Shown piece after piece: positions 13,150 to 24,837 of a stretch of DNA of 64,000 nucleotides. The notes below the pieces were generated by a model that saw only the letters and a list, made by a program, of their open reading frames with translations, ran no database searches and was not told the DNA's origin. This DNA is from Amoebophrya sp. A120 (lineage: Eukaryota > Protista > Dinoflagellata): contig CAJINV010000002.1 of NCBI GenBank assembly GCA_905178155.1, forward strand, positions 81,128 to 145,127, in the 5' to 3' direction. A program made the translations under genes and the position numbers. Position 1 is the first letter of the stretch. Each line of letters opens with the position of its first letter.

Positions 13150-13440
13150 TATTATCCTGAGCAAAAACATCCCCACCCCATGTTCAAGTTCTGGGAAGTT
13201 TGCAACACAGATCCAGAAGTTTTGGAAGTCTCGCATGACAAGTTTTCCTCTGTATTGCAGCGCCGGTCAGCTTCAGCATGGAGAGCCGCATCACAAATCC
13301 ATCTCTTTATCTTGTTCCCAGCATTACAAATGCCAAAAATTGATGGAAAATGGTTCTCATGAAAATGCGCATCGCAAATGCTTCTGCAATTGCAAATCTG
13401 CATGACAAACCTGGGGTGGAGAAAGTTTTTACCCAGCATA
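13150..13440. mobile_element. Family-F TIR introner-like element
   Basis: TATCCTGAGCAAAAACATCCCCACCCCA ... TGGGGTGGAGAAAGTTTTTACCCAGCATA; flanks CAACA/CAACG. Confidence 0.75.
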
Positions 13441-14822
13441 CAACGTGACATGACACAACGTCAACCTGTGACTTTATTGAGACGCACAGTTATTCTGTTT
13501 CCTAAGAATTGGTTCGCATTAGATTATCGATCAGGTTCGTGCCAGTGCTGGCGGCGTCGCCCATCGCGATTTCTCCCTCGATCACGTTCAGATATGCAAG
13601 GAAACGTTTGAGCTTTTCGACGTAAAACTGCGATGTTGATCCGGAAGAATTCATCCGTTTGGAGGACGAGTTGGTTCTCGTTGGAGGAAAAGCGTAGTCA
13701 AATAAACGTCGCAAGAACTACAAACTCTTCGTAGAAGCTGCAATAGTCTTCAGGATCAACAGGCACAGCCATGATCGATGACTAGGGAGCGCAAAATTTT
13801 CGTGGGATATGTCGTCTAAGGGGGTGATGCCGTGGCGGGAGTGAAAACCTGTGTTTTTCTTTTTCATTTCAGTGTCGGTGGTAGAATAAACTTCTTTATG
13901 CCTGCTGATTATTCTGTAATGCGATTATTTCATGCTGTTGTCTATGCACAGATATGCAACACAAATTCAAATCAAATTGAATCTATCAGGACTCACATGC
14001 ATCACAGCTCCTTGTTGCTCACAACAAATGAGTTGTATTACTGTACCATCATTCTGCACATTGCCTGAGCCCAAGATGGTCTGCGACAGCTGGTCCGAAA
14101 CCGCCTGGCCATTCACGGACGGAATGTATCGAAGTGAGAATAGCATCTCCCAACATCCCGTAGAATATGACAAAGAAAATTTTTGCATATGCAAACTGAC
14201 GTTTGTACGAAGTGAATCCTGCAGACGAAATTTCTTTCGGATACGGGGAAGGAGGTGGCATTCGCATCTTGATAAGAGCAGGGTGTTGCTCAGCTGGTCG
14301 TCCCTCGGGGGCGTGCCCCAATATCCAGACGAAGAGACTCGCGGACCGCTCCAGAGACGAGGCACAACATTTTTCCGTCATACAAATTCAAATTTAATGA
14401 TTACTACAAGCGCCGGCTTATCATCCGCTGGTGGGGGTCTGCGCGACAGCGTAAAAATTTGGGACGCGTGCTGCAGCGCACGAGGAGGGAGGGCGTAATG
14501 CTTGCATGTCATGCAAAACGCAGTAGTAGTCCCGTCGATGCACAGAAACACGCGTCTTTTGCGTGAGGTCATGGCAAGATTTTGGTCTGGAGAGATTCAA
14601 GCATCTTCCTCTCGATATACCCGTGCGCTGTACCTTCACCTTGGAGGCTCCGGGAGCGCTGAGCGCTTCCCAAACGTGGTCCACTGTTTGTGTTTATTTT
14701 CAGCAATGAATTTTGAACTTCATCCTGTTGTAAACATAAGCGCTCATGCGACAAGACGAAAAATGGAGTTGCTGCATCCCAAAACCTCAAATATTTCCGT
14801 ATAATTAGATCCAGGACCACAG

Positions 14823-15124
14823 TATCGAATGCAAATATGTCTGGGTCTGAAAGACTGCGCAATTTTGTCATGCCTCTTTTGGATCACGCAGATGCTCCCT
14901 CTGGAATGCCGCGCGCAAAAGCATGCTTTGTTCAGGTCTCTTGATTTGTTGCTGCTATCCTACCAGAAATATAAAGCTCGCTACTTGCGCAGCAACAAGT
15001 GGACAACTTTTGGCAATGCCAAAAGTTGTCCACTAGACAAACACACTATGATGTTTGCGCACGACTCCAGAATCCGCATTTCAAGTTCGAATCCTTCCAG
15101 ACCCACACATCTTTGCAGTGGATA
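14823..15124. mobile_element. Family-A TIR introner-like element
   Basis: Family-A TIRs; flanks CACAG/GACAG. Confidence 0.88.
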
Positions 15125-15216
15125 GACAGTAGTACTTGGACTCCCAGCACTGCTGTTGTTCACCTGGCTCAGCAGTTCCGCGTGGTCGTCTGGCGAAATC
15201 GCCTTCCGTCCCCTCT

Positions 15217-15481
15217 TATCAAATGCAAAAATGTCTGGGTCTGGAAGATTGCACGGTTTGTCATGTACATTTTGCATGACCCGGGATGTCTGCGATGTAT
15301 GCCCCAGCATCACAAATTATTTGCGCGTATCTAGATGCCTATCCCGCATGAAAAATGTCCTCTCCACGGAGCAAGAGCTGGACGCTTCTTGCTGCTCATG
15401 CAATACAGATTTTCTTAAATTCCAAAAATAGCATCACAAGTTCTAACCTTCCAGACCCAAACATTTTTGCAATCTTCCATA
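15217..15481. mobile_element. Family-A TIR introner-like element
   Basis: Family-A TIRs; perfect CCTCT duplication. Confidence 0.92.
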
Positions 15482-16648
15482 CCTCTTCAATGCCACATCT
15501 GAATGTGAGTTTTGTCACTAAGTTTTGCTGCTACACATCGCCTCGGCATCACAATGGACACAGTGCGAGAGGTGAACTCAAAGCCAATAAATTGAAAGGA
15601 CGTTGTTGTATTGATGATTCTTCTGTTGGATTGTCTGCCGAAACAGGCACTTTTTATAAATTTTGCTGGTGCTGATCATGGTACTTTTTATTTTCCTGTT
15701 GGTAAAAAGCAAGAAAAGTCGAAATGCCTAGGGCTAAAAACAATTTAAAAACAAGGAACGACTGACTATACACTCGTCGTCAACTATGCTGTGCAAAAGT
15801 GTCGCATTCGTACGAATTGCACCGGGTTCTGCAGCAATGCTACAAGAACAACTTGTGCTTCCCAACCTATCTTCGAAATGCAAACCAACATGACAAGAAA
15901 TGCTAATGTAGACTTGATTATGCTTTCCTGGTGCTGTACTGCAATTCATATACGAGCGCGATACTTTCCCAATGCATATGCACCGTCAGTGACCGATTCG
16001 CCGTCAATTTTTCCAGTTCCTTCTGGATAATCTCCTCGCGTGGAGAGGAAAAATGTCTGGGTCTCGAAGAATGTTGCCATGCATAACTGTCGTGCGGGAT
16101 GACAACCAAATAAGAATACATAGAAAATCTGCGATGCGGACAAGATAAAATTAGAGAAAATCATCACTGATTTTTTTACAAGAGCCGCATAATGCTTACG
16201 CCCGGTGCGTAACAAGAGTCTAGCAATTTTTCACGTTCATCATGCAACACAGATTTCATTTTTGTTCATGTATGTAACACAGTTTTTGTTTGTACGATCA
16301 TCATCATCCAGATTGAGCATGCCACTGAGTGTATCCTCGTCCCAGATCCAGATGAAATATTTCCAATGCATAACTTGTCACACTGGAGAATCTTGTGATG
16401 CGGCTTATCACGAGGAAAAAATCCTATCTCCCCGCACTTCATGTTCAAATGAAACACGTATCGTCAACGTCACCATCGGATTCTTGTAAACGAATTCCTC
16501 TGTCATGCAAAGCATCGCCCGCGCCCCACAACACCAAACAGGTAACAACTGCCAGGCGGTGGGCGAAGAAAAACTCACCTGGAAAGAACGCATCCGAATG
16601 GTCGGGAGTACAACTACTAGGGACGATGCGGATGCGGTCCTGCATTAC

Positions 16649-17727
16649 TTATTGGATGTCAGACGTTGACGTGGACGTGGTAAGAAGTCTCGTGATCATG
16701 TTAGAACGACTAAGTACGTGCAGGTCGATGGGATTGTTTCCGACATGATATAGCTCTTCTTCCGCGGACTTCGCCTTCGTGTAAGCGGCCTTCGCCAGTT
16801 CGGTGTCGAGCGATTCCACCTCGAGTTTGGCTTGGAGGTATTTGGCTTCTAACTCGGCCAGTTTGTCGTGTTTTTGCGTCCTGAGTAAAAACGTCCCCAC
16901 CCCATAGTCAAGTTGGGAAATCTGCAAGACAAGAAATCAGCCGTTCTTGTGCATGACAAGTCTGGGCTCGGAATGTAGTCGCGTTTAGCTAGTGCAGCAG
17001 CATCACAAATTTAGTACCTCATGCTGATTGTAGCATCACAAATTTCAAAGAGCACTGGAAAATGCGTCTCACTCTCATGGGGATTTACCATGCACATTAC
17101 TTTACCATGCAGAGGTGCATTACAACTCTGGGGTGGGGACTTTTACCATGCAGATTTGCATGACAAGAACTCTGGGGTGGGGAAGTTTTTGATCAGGGTA
17201 TTCTGCCGTTGCCGATTATCATGCTCAGTCACGACCAGGGACTTGTGCGCCGCGAGCTCCGCTTGCAACTTGAGTTTCTGTTGCTCCTTCTCTTGCAAGT
17301 CCTGCTCTTTCGCGTTCCGCACCTATCCTGAGCAAAACCGTTCCCATCCCATAGTCAAGACGGGAAATCTGCTAGACAAATCAGCCAGCTTCGATTGTTG
17401 CGCATGACAAGTTTAGCTTCGTAATGTAAAAATCCTGTTTGGCTTGTTCAGCAGCATAACAGATCTGGTCCATTATTCTGATTAGAGCATTACAAATTCC
17501 AAAACACGACGTAGAAAATTTTGCTTGTCATGGAGCTGCTCCGCATGAGAAACATTTTGAGCGTGCAGATTTACATGACGACTATGGGGTTAGGACGGTT
17601 TTACATGGGATATCAACAGCTTCAAGTTGTTCCGATGCTCATCGGCGGCGAAGTTGGACATATCCCGTTCTTCGAGACTCCGCGTGAAGGCATCGAGGGC
17701 GACGTCAGTTTCTGCGCGGTAAGGCAT
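16649..17727 (-). CDS. 5' exons of a coiled-coil protein (may continue toward ~13.6 kb)
   Basis: ATG at 17727; removing 17324-17612 and 16877-17200 gives MPYRAETDVALDAF...NNLKL/VRNAKEQDLQEKEQQKLKLQAEL...RQRQ/KHDKLAELEAKYLQAKLEVESLDTEL. Confidence 0.75.
16877..17200. mobile_element. Family-F TIR introner-like element
   Basis: Family-F TIRs; flanks TTTTG/TTCTG; frame restored. Confidence 0.85.
17324..17612. mobile_element. Family-F TIR introner-like element
   Basis: Family-F TIRs; flanks GCACC/TCAAC; frame restored. Confidence 0.85.
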
Positions 17728-18259
17728 CTTTACGTGTTTGCTCTACGAAGGATTAGTATGAAAAATTCAAAACTACTACTTTTTACACCACCTATTGCTC
17801 TCGAAGTACTTTCTACTACTGCTGCTAGTCTATTGTTCCTGCTTCCTCTAGTCGTAAAGAAGATGGGCCTCCATACGTTTATCAACTTCTCTGGCTATTG
17901 CTTCTGTGTTTGGACTTGCTGTTTGCTGAAACGCGCAAGAATGGTAGTGCATCTACTGGCTTTGACACGAGAGTTTGAATTTCTCTCAGAAAAATCGGCG
18001 TCAAGAACTCTCGTCTCTGTTTTCGCTCTAGTCGCCCAAGAGCACGAACAACGTTTACAAGCTGGAAAAAGCTGCATCACGATAGGCGTAGTCCCGGTCT
18101 AGCGATATCGATGAGTTTATTTTGTGTGGTTCATCTTCTAGCTGCAAGGACTACACATTAACACGACAAATAACGCCACGAATAAACGGGTCCGATACCA
18201 AGCATGGCTGCTTCTTCACTCACAATTTTGGGCACGGTGGATGAAAACCGCTTTCTGAT

Positions 18260-18731
18260 CTATGATGCAATTTTTGCAAGAAGAAGCTTCGGGCAGAAAA
18301 ATTCGCTCTGGTGCACGCCCGGAAACCGATTTTTAGGTCGGGAGCAGAAGTTTGTCATGCTTCTGCCCGAAGACCTCCCTCCCGCCCAAAAAACCGGTTT
18401 CGGAGCAGACCCAAAAACCGTTTTTCTGACCGGGTAGAGAAATCTGTNNNNNNNNNNNNNNNNNNNNNNNNNNNNNNNNNNNNNNNNNNNNNNNNNNNNN
18501 NNNNNNNNNNNNNNNNNNNNNNNNNNNNNNNNNNNNNNNNNNNNNNNCATGCTTCTGCCCGAAGACCTCCCTCCGGCCCAAAAAACCGGTTTCCGAGCAG
18601 ACCCAAAAACGGTTTTTCTGACCGGGTAGAGAAATCTGTGATGCAATTTTTGCAACGCGAAACAGCGGCCAGAAAAACGGTTTTTGTGAGATTGGGCGGA
18701 GAAGTTTGTCATGCTTCTGCCCGAGCAACCT
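18260..18731. repeat. Tandem repeat (unit about 160-185 bp) spanning an assembly gap
   Basis: CATGCTTCTGCCCGA at 18356, 18548 and 18710; TGATGCAATTTTTGCAA at ~18263 and ~18639. Confidence 0.75.
18448..18547. other. Assembly gap (100 N)
   Basis: Run of N. Confidence 1.
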
Positions 18732-20199
18732 CCTCCTGGCTGAAAACCTGCTCCTTGCTCCCAAGCTTCAAATGCTACACGAATTCGACGCCAACACTTT
18801 GTTCCGAGTTTTGGTTCTGCATGGTAGACAGAGGAACGCAGGTTTCCGACGCTACACACGGACTGCCTCTACGCTAAATTCTATCGTCAGTCGTGCTTTA
18901 AACGGAAACGGCCGAAAGGCTTCAGCAACCCAACCGAACGTCCTGACACAAAATGAACCGAAGACAAACCGAGGTACCACCGTGCCACATTTCCATCTAC
19001 TTGAAGTTCAACATCGTGAGACAGTTTGGCAGCGGCCATATCCTCATCATGTCAGCCAAGCAACAGAACGCAACAACGAAATCTCTCTGGCTTTGCTCGA
19101 CGAGTAGCGTATGCATATTCTGCTACTTGTTACTAGCGCCACCTGTGACGATCCGCACCGAAAACAGATCGAGGCTCCAAATGTGAACCTACTACATCAA
19201 CTTCCAATATTCAGAATTAAAAACGAGAGTCGACGGTCTTCCTGCTTGTTTGGCGCACTGATTCAGATTTTGTCTTCAAGGAGCTGCTGCCTTCATTTTC
19301 ATAGATTTTCAGCATTAAGTGGTTGCTGGGGCTCACCTAGCAATAACTCTGAGAATAGAAGAAGAGTATTACGATCTAAACCTCGATATTCCGCCTTCAA
19401 GATGGTTTATTCGAATAACGGTTCTCTGCAGCTGGTGTTGCGTGTCCACAACGTTCGAGTTCTCTTTACTCCGTCCTGGCATATTTGGTAGAAAGGCAAA
19501 GTGGCTGTGGTATAGCTGTTTGGTTCTTGACGAGTCGGCAGCACTAAGTGTCCGGCTCAGTTGTTGTACTTATCACTCCGTATTTATCGTTACGAAAATG
19601 TAGTCCTAGCCTCCGTCGTGCGGCCGGCTATTTCATTTTTCTCTATCAAAGGAGGCGAGATTGACCGTCCTTGTACTTCTCCCTGTAGTTTTTAGATTCG
19701 AAGATGATCCAATCGAGAAAAAGCAGCTTGCTGCTTCTGAGGGGGTAACACCGCGGCGAGACATGCGGTTGGGGTAGGTCATTTGTTTCTCGGTGTTCCT
19801 CTTCGTCTGCAAGGGGTGGATGTGCGTTTTGCTGCGATGGGCTGTGATGGGGTGGTCGTCAGAGGTTGTGGTGCTGAAGCACACGGCTCGCTCGCGACGT
19901 AGTTGCTCCGTTTTTCCGGTTCTGAATGACTACGTAGACCAAAGAAGAATTCATTTTTCTGATCGTGAAATTCCTGGCTGCATTACTGTTTCGCAGCGCC
20001 ACCAGCGCGCTTCGGGTACACTTTGTCCGTATCGGGAGGAACAAAAATCCCGGCTCCCCGTACTCGAAATACAGTTGCATGACATCACTTGCACAGCTGC
20101 GTACTTAATGCTCTATCGCTTGTGAAGTATCCAGCATGACAGATCGGGTGTACTTATGATATATTTCCGGCAACGGGAGGGGATCACTCGTCTCTTGGA

Positions 20200-22644
20200 T
20201 ATATCACCTGGTTCTTCAGCTTGTAGAACTTGTAGTGCGGGTGTTCATGGTCCACGTTTAAAATTTTTTCGTAATCTTCTTGCGTCTTCGGGTACTTCTT
20301 CAGGTCCTTGTCCGGTATGTTGTCCTCTTTCCTGCGGAGAAAGTTCTTGATGCCCACGATGTTGTCCTCGTAGCCGTCGTATCAAATGCAAATACGTCTG
20401 CGTCCAGAACCCGGTTTGAAAGATTGCGAGATTTATTCTACTCATGTTTGTCTGAGAAGAGACAGAGAGCGAAGTCTGTCATGCTGGTTGCACTACAGCC
20501 ACAGCGCAATCTATCCGTCACCCAAAGACGTGACTTGTCAAGTGGCAATTTATGCTAGAAGCCGTAATCACGCAGCAACGCCTTGTCAACATAGGTGGGT
20601 TCTTTGTAGCGCATCATCCACGCTCTAGCATGATCACAGTTTTGTTCCAGACCCAGACAGATTTGCAACTCGTACGTTCTTGCGGGGGTCGAACAAATCG
20701 TCCAGCTGCTGCTTGTTCCAAGCCGTGTTCGCGCTCACTTAAGTATCCTGACTAAAAACCTTCTCACCCCATATTCAAGAGGACGCGGAATTCACTACGC
20801 AAACTCTCAGAGGCGGTGGTTGGAATTCACGTATCATGACGAAAGTTGTTCCAATAGGTAGCAGCTTGGCTAGTGCAGCGCATGGACTTATGCAGCTGAT
20901 TACAGCATGACAACTCTTCAAATCCGTGCGTCACAGAAGTAGATTTGCGTGACACTAAAGATGGGGTGGGTAGTACGTTTTTACACAGCATATTCATTTT
21001 TCCCAGCCCTCGTTCCTATGGTTTTGAAGATAATCGCATCGTTCTCTGTCGTCCTGTCCTCCTCGGCTTTTTCTCGAGTGTACCTGTGCAGCAAGGCCCA
21101 GAGAGAAACCGCTTTGTCGTTTTTGGTGTAGAAGTTTCCCGGCGTACGACCGACGACAGCGCCACCTGCTCGCACCGGAGGATTCGCCTTGGCTTGATGC
21201 GGAACGGCCGGGACATATCCTGTCCAAAAACGTCCCAACCCCATAGCCAACTTGGGAAATCTGCGACACAAATCAACACACGGTAGCTGTTGCGCATGAC
21301 AAGTTTGCCTTCACAATTTACTCCCCTTTGGCTAGTGCAGCAGCATCACATCAAATCTAATTTGTGATTATTGATTTTTTGAGCATCACAAATTTCCAAA
21401 CAGCACTACAAAATGCGTCTCGTGGGGCTCCGAATGAGAGACTTTTCAACAGCATGCAGATTTGCATGACAGCTGTGGGGTCGGGGCGTTTTTACACAAG
21501 ATAGGGCAGGTGGAGCGGCTTTTTGAGCGGCTGCTTTTGGAACAGCGGCTGCGTTTGGAACAACGGCTTCCTCTGGGGCGGCTTTATTCCCTTTCGAAGC
21601 GACAGGTCCGGTCGATTGAGGCTTCGGCACAGCAACTCCAGTGCCTTTTGTTCCTTTCTTCCCGCCGTTGTCCTCGCCTTTATCATTATTTCCACTTCCG
21701 GGTCCTTTTCCCTTGGTATGGTTCTGTTCCGCGGCTTGATGCGGTGCTGCTTTTGTGTGGATGCCCGTGGCTGATTCGCCTTTGCTCACATTTCCGCCGC
21801 CCTTTTGCGCTCCCCCGTTGTTCAAGCCGTACTTGGCATTATTTTGCGACACCACTCCTACAGCGGGATCACGATTTTTCCCACCTTTGCTCACAGGAGG
21901 CCCGCTGCCTTTCAATCCGTCCTTGTAGCTAACCAAGCCGCCCTTGATGTGCTGCGGCGCCGCTGGTGGTGGTACTGCAGGCTTCCCATCTTCTTTGGTA
22001 CCACTCCCGCCGGCATTCAATCCGTTCGTGTCACCTAGTACCGAGCTGCCCTTGTGTAGTTGGGGTGCTGCGAGCACAACTGGATGGTTTTGAGGAGTTC
22101 CATCTTTGGTCCCACCGACTTGTTGGACTAACCCCTTCTTGTAGTTCACCAAATCGCCCTTGTGAAGATGTTGCGGTGCCGCTAGAAGTGGCACTTCTGC
22201 ATGATTTTCGTGTTTGCTCCAACTCGCGGCGTTGTTTTTGTGTCCGCCATAATTGCCTTTTTCCGTTCCGCCGAGCACAACTGCATGATGTCCACCTTTA
22301 CTCAACTGGAAAAATTCGCCGTTTTTGTTCCCGCCATTGTTACTTTTGCCGTGTGGCGGCTCGTCCGCTCCCTGTGGTAGTACTGCATTCCTCGTGAAAC
22401 CGCCTACAACCAGAGTTGGGTCGCCATGTTGATGTGGGTCGCCATGTTGATGTGGGTCGCCATGTTGATGTTGCAGTACTGTGCCGCTCCGAAACATCCC
22501 TCCGAAGGGAAGCCCAACTTGAGGCACTTGTAGTTGCAGTTCCCAAGGAGGACGAGAAGCGCCGCCGGACTGCGATTTGTTCGTTGCTGTACCGAGCTGA
22601 AGAAGAGCTGCGGATGGCGGCGGACCACCCCTAGACTTCTGCAC
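20200..22644 (-). CDS. Gly/Lys/Asn/Pro-rich low-complexity protein with a charged C-terminal region (partial)
   Basis: The 412-aa ORF continues in frame after removing 21216-21503, 20744-20992 and 20380-20674: ...AAPP/VPAVPHQAK...GKNE/VSANTAWNKQQLDDLFDPRKN/GYEDNIVGIKNFLRRKED...HEHPHYKFYKLKNQ. Confidence 0.75.
20380..20674. mobile_element. Family-A TIR introner-like element (degenerate)
   Basis: Family-A TIRs; flanks CGTCG/CGTTC; frame restored. Confidence 0.75.
20744..20992. mobile_element. Family-F TIR introner-like element
   Basis: Family-F TIRs; flanks TTAAG/TTCAT; frame restored. Confidence 0.75.
21216..21503. mobile_element. Family-F TIR introner-like element
   Basis: Family-F TIRs; flanks GGACA/GGGCA; frame restored. 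Confidence 0.88.
22417..22471 (-). repeat. 18-bp coding tandem repeat x3 (HQHGDP)
   Basis: GGGTCGCCATGTTGATGT repeated three times. Confidence 0.9.
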
Positions 22645-23391
22645 CGGAGGGCCAGACGTGGAAGCAGTTGGGCGGGGAACAAGAACATCGTCATCCAGTG
22701 GGGATCGCTTGTCAATCGTGCCTGATAGTAGAAGACGCTAGAATAAAAGCAACAACTTCACGCTTCGTCAATGCTGTGCAAAGAAAAATATATAAAACAA
22801 GACCATGACCATGCTGTGATCCATCATGTTCATGACAATCAAACCTCACCTCCAAAACCGCAAAACAAAAAATTTCACCCGGTAAAAAAATCAAAAGAAA
22901 TACGTTTGTTCGACGAAGATGATTGCGCGTGGCTGCCGGTGCTGTTGTAGAATGCCATGGGGGGCTGCTTTGCTGGAGGCGGCAGATTATTTGCTGGTTC
23001 TGCGATTCCACGGTCCAATATCGCAGGAAAACAAAAAGCTGTTTTGGTGTGAGCTGCCAGGTTTATTGTTCATGTAGCTGCACGACCGCGGGTTCGCTCC
23101 AGCACATCGCGAAGCAAATAATTTGCAGAGCTGCGAACTTAGAAATTATCATCACAAAGAAATGAGAGAAACAGGGGGCAAAAACAAACGCCTCTCAGCT
23201 TTCAATTTCATGCGTACAAGGTATAGCGAGCTCCTTCCTGTTGCATCCTGAGCATCAATGCAGCTCCTATCCGCCAAAACAGTTTTTGGTGTGGATATTG
23301 GATCCTCTCGCGATCGCCTGCTGGTGGTGCGATGGGACCGAAATCCGGTTCTCGAGCGATCGAGCTGCTGCATTGAAATCGTAACTCCGGG

Positions 23392-23634
23392 TATGCATTG
23401 GAAATACGTCTGGGTCTGGAAAGTTGTGATGCTGATGTCCGAATCGTGGTACGCAACCTGTATTAAGGAGCCGCGCATGACAAGTTTCTGGACCGCATGA
23501 CAAATGGCCTTTTTGCATGCCAAACAAATGGCACTGTAGCGAACCAAGGAGCATGACAGATTTTTTTGTCTTGTCGGCCAAGCATGAGAGACTTCCTTGC
23601 ATTCTTCGAGACCCAGACATGTTTGCAGTGGATA
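23392..23634. mobile_element. Family-A TIR introner-like element
   Basis: Family-A TIRs; flanks CCGGG/CCGGA. Confidence 0.88.
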
Positions 23635-23727
23635 CCGGAACAACTTGAGCAACTGTGTGGCAAATTGGAAATCCGGCTGGCCGCTGCACAACCTCCTGAA
23701 CGCCGCCAGTGGCTGCTCGGGCGTTTC

Positions 23728-24002
23728 TATGCATGGCAAATACGTGGTCGTGGCCTGGGTCTGGGAAGACGTGACGCTTGTGCGCGGATGACAAGCAACC
23801 TCCGCAGCTACGGCGCAACGCATGACAAGTTCCTGAGCGACAACGACGTCTAGTTGTAGCGGAAACCGTGTGAAGGTGAGAAAAAGAAAATGAATTTCAT
23901 TTATCTGAATGACAAACAAATGGTAAGTGTGGTGCTGTGGTGCACAACTCATGACAGACTGCATCCTTCCAGACCACCTGAAAAACATATTTGCTAGGCA
24001 TA
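23728..24002. mobile_element. Family-A TIR introner-like element (degenerate)
   Basis: TATGCATGGCAAATACG ... CATATTTGCTAGGCATA; flanks GTTTC/ACTTC. Confidence 0.7.
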
Positions 24003-24837
24003 ACTTCTCCCATACTGGCAGCAATTTCGTGTAAGTCGAGCATCAACATGTGAAGGTTAGCCTTAGCGCCGCTGATCAGTTCGGTCTCGCGCTGCAGGGC
24101 AAGGAGGGAGTTGGCCCGCCGCGGGTTCGTGTTTGTCCGTACTTGATCTTGCCTCTGTTGCGGCCGGCTGTTGACGTTTAGCATGTTCGCTTGCTGCAGC
24201 TGTTCTCCGGAAGGGTGGTGTTTGTATGGGAAAGAAAAGGGGGAACATGTTGCATCCTCTGGTCCCATAGTCAAGTTGTTAATAGATGTGCTCTGCGAGG
24301 ATGCATGATTTTACTACAAGATATGCTCTGAAATTTCCACGCCGATACAGCTCTCGCTTTCGCACTCATTTGCAACACAAATTTGAATTCTCTTTAGCAA
24401 ATCTGGCATCACAATGTGATCTTCACATCACATCTTCCATTGAGTATGGGAGGGGAGCTTTGGTTTCGTTTCTCTGATAGCTGGTGGCGGCCCGCCTCGG
24501 AAAGAGCCGTCCGGGTAGTTTGACTGATGGTTCCTCCGGTGGTGGGGTCAAAAGAGGAAGAAGACGATGAAACTTCACCAAGCATTGCTTGTCTCCTCGA
24601 CCCGGCTTCTACTTCACCATAATCGCACAGAAAAAAGAACAGTTGTATCAATCTGACCGCCTTCTTTTTGCGATGCAAAATCATAAAGTCCTGGTGCTGG
24701 CGGGTTCAATATGGCCCGCTTTCTCATTCGATGCGGAACATGCAAAACACTAAAAGTAGTGTTTCTTTTCAGACAATCTATTATTTGCTGTGCAGAGCAG
24801 GTGGAGGTAATTTTTGCATAGCAAATCTGTGGTACAA

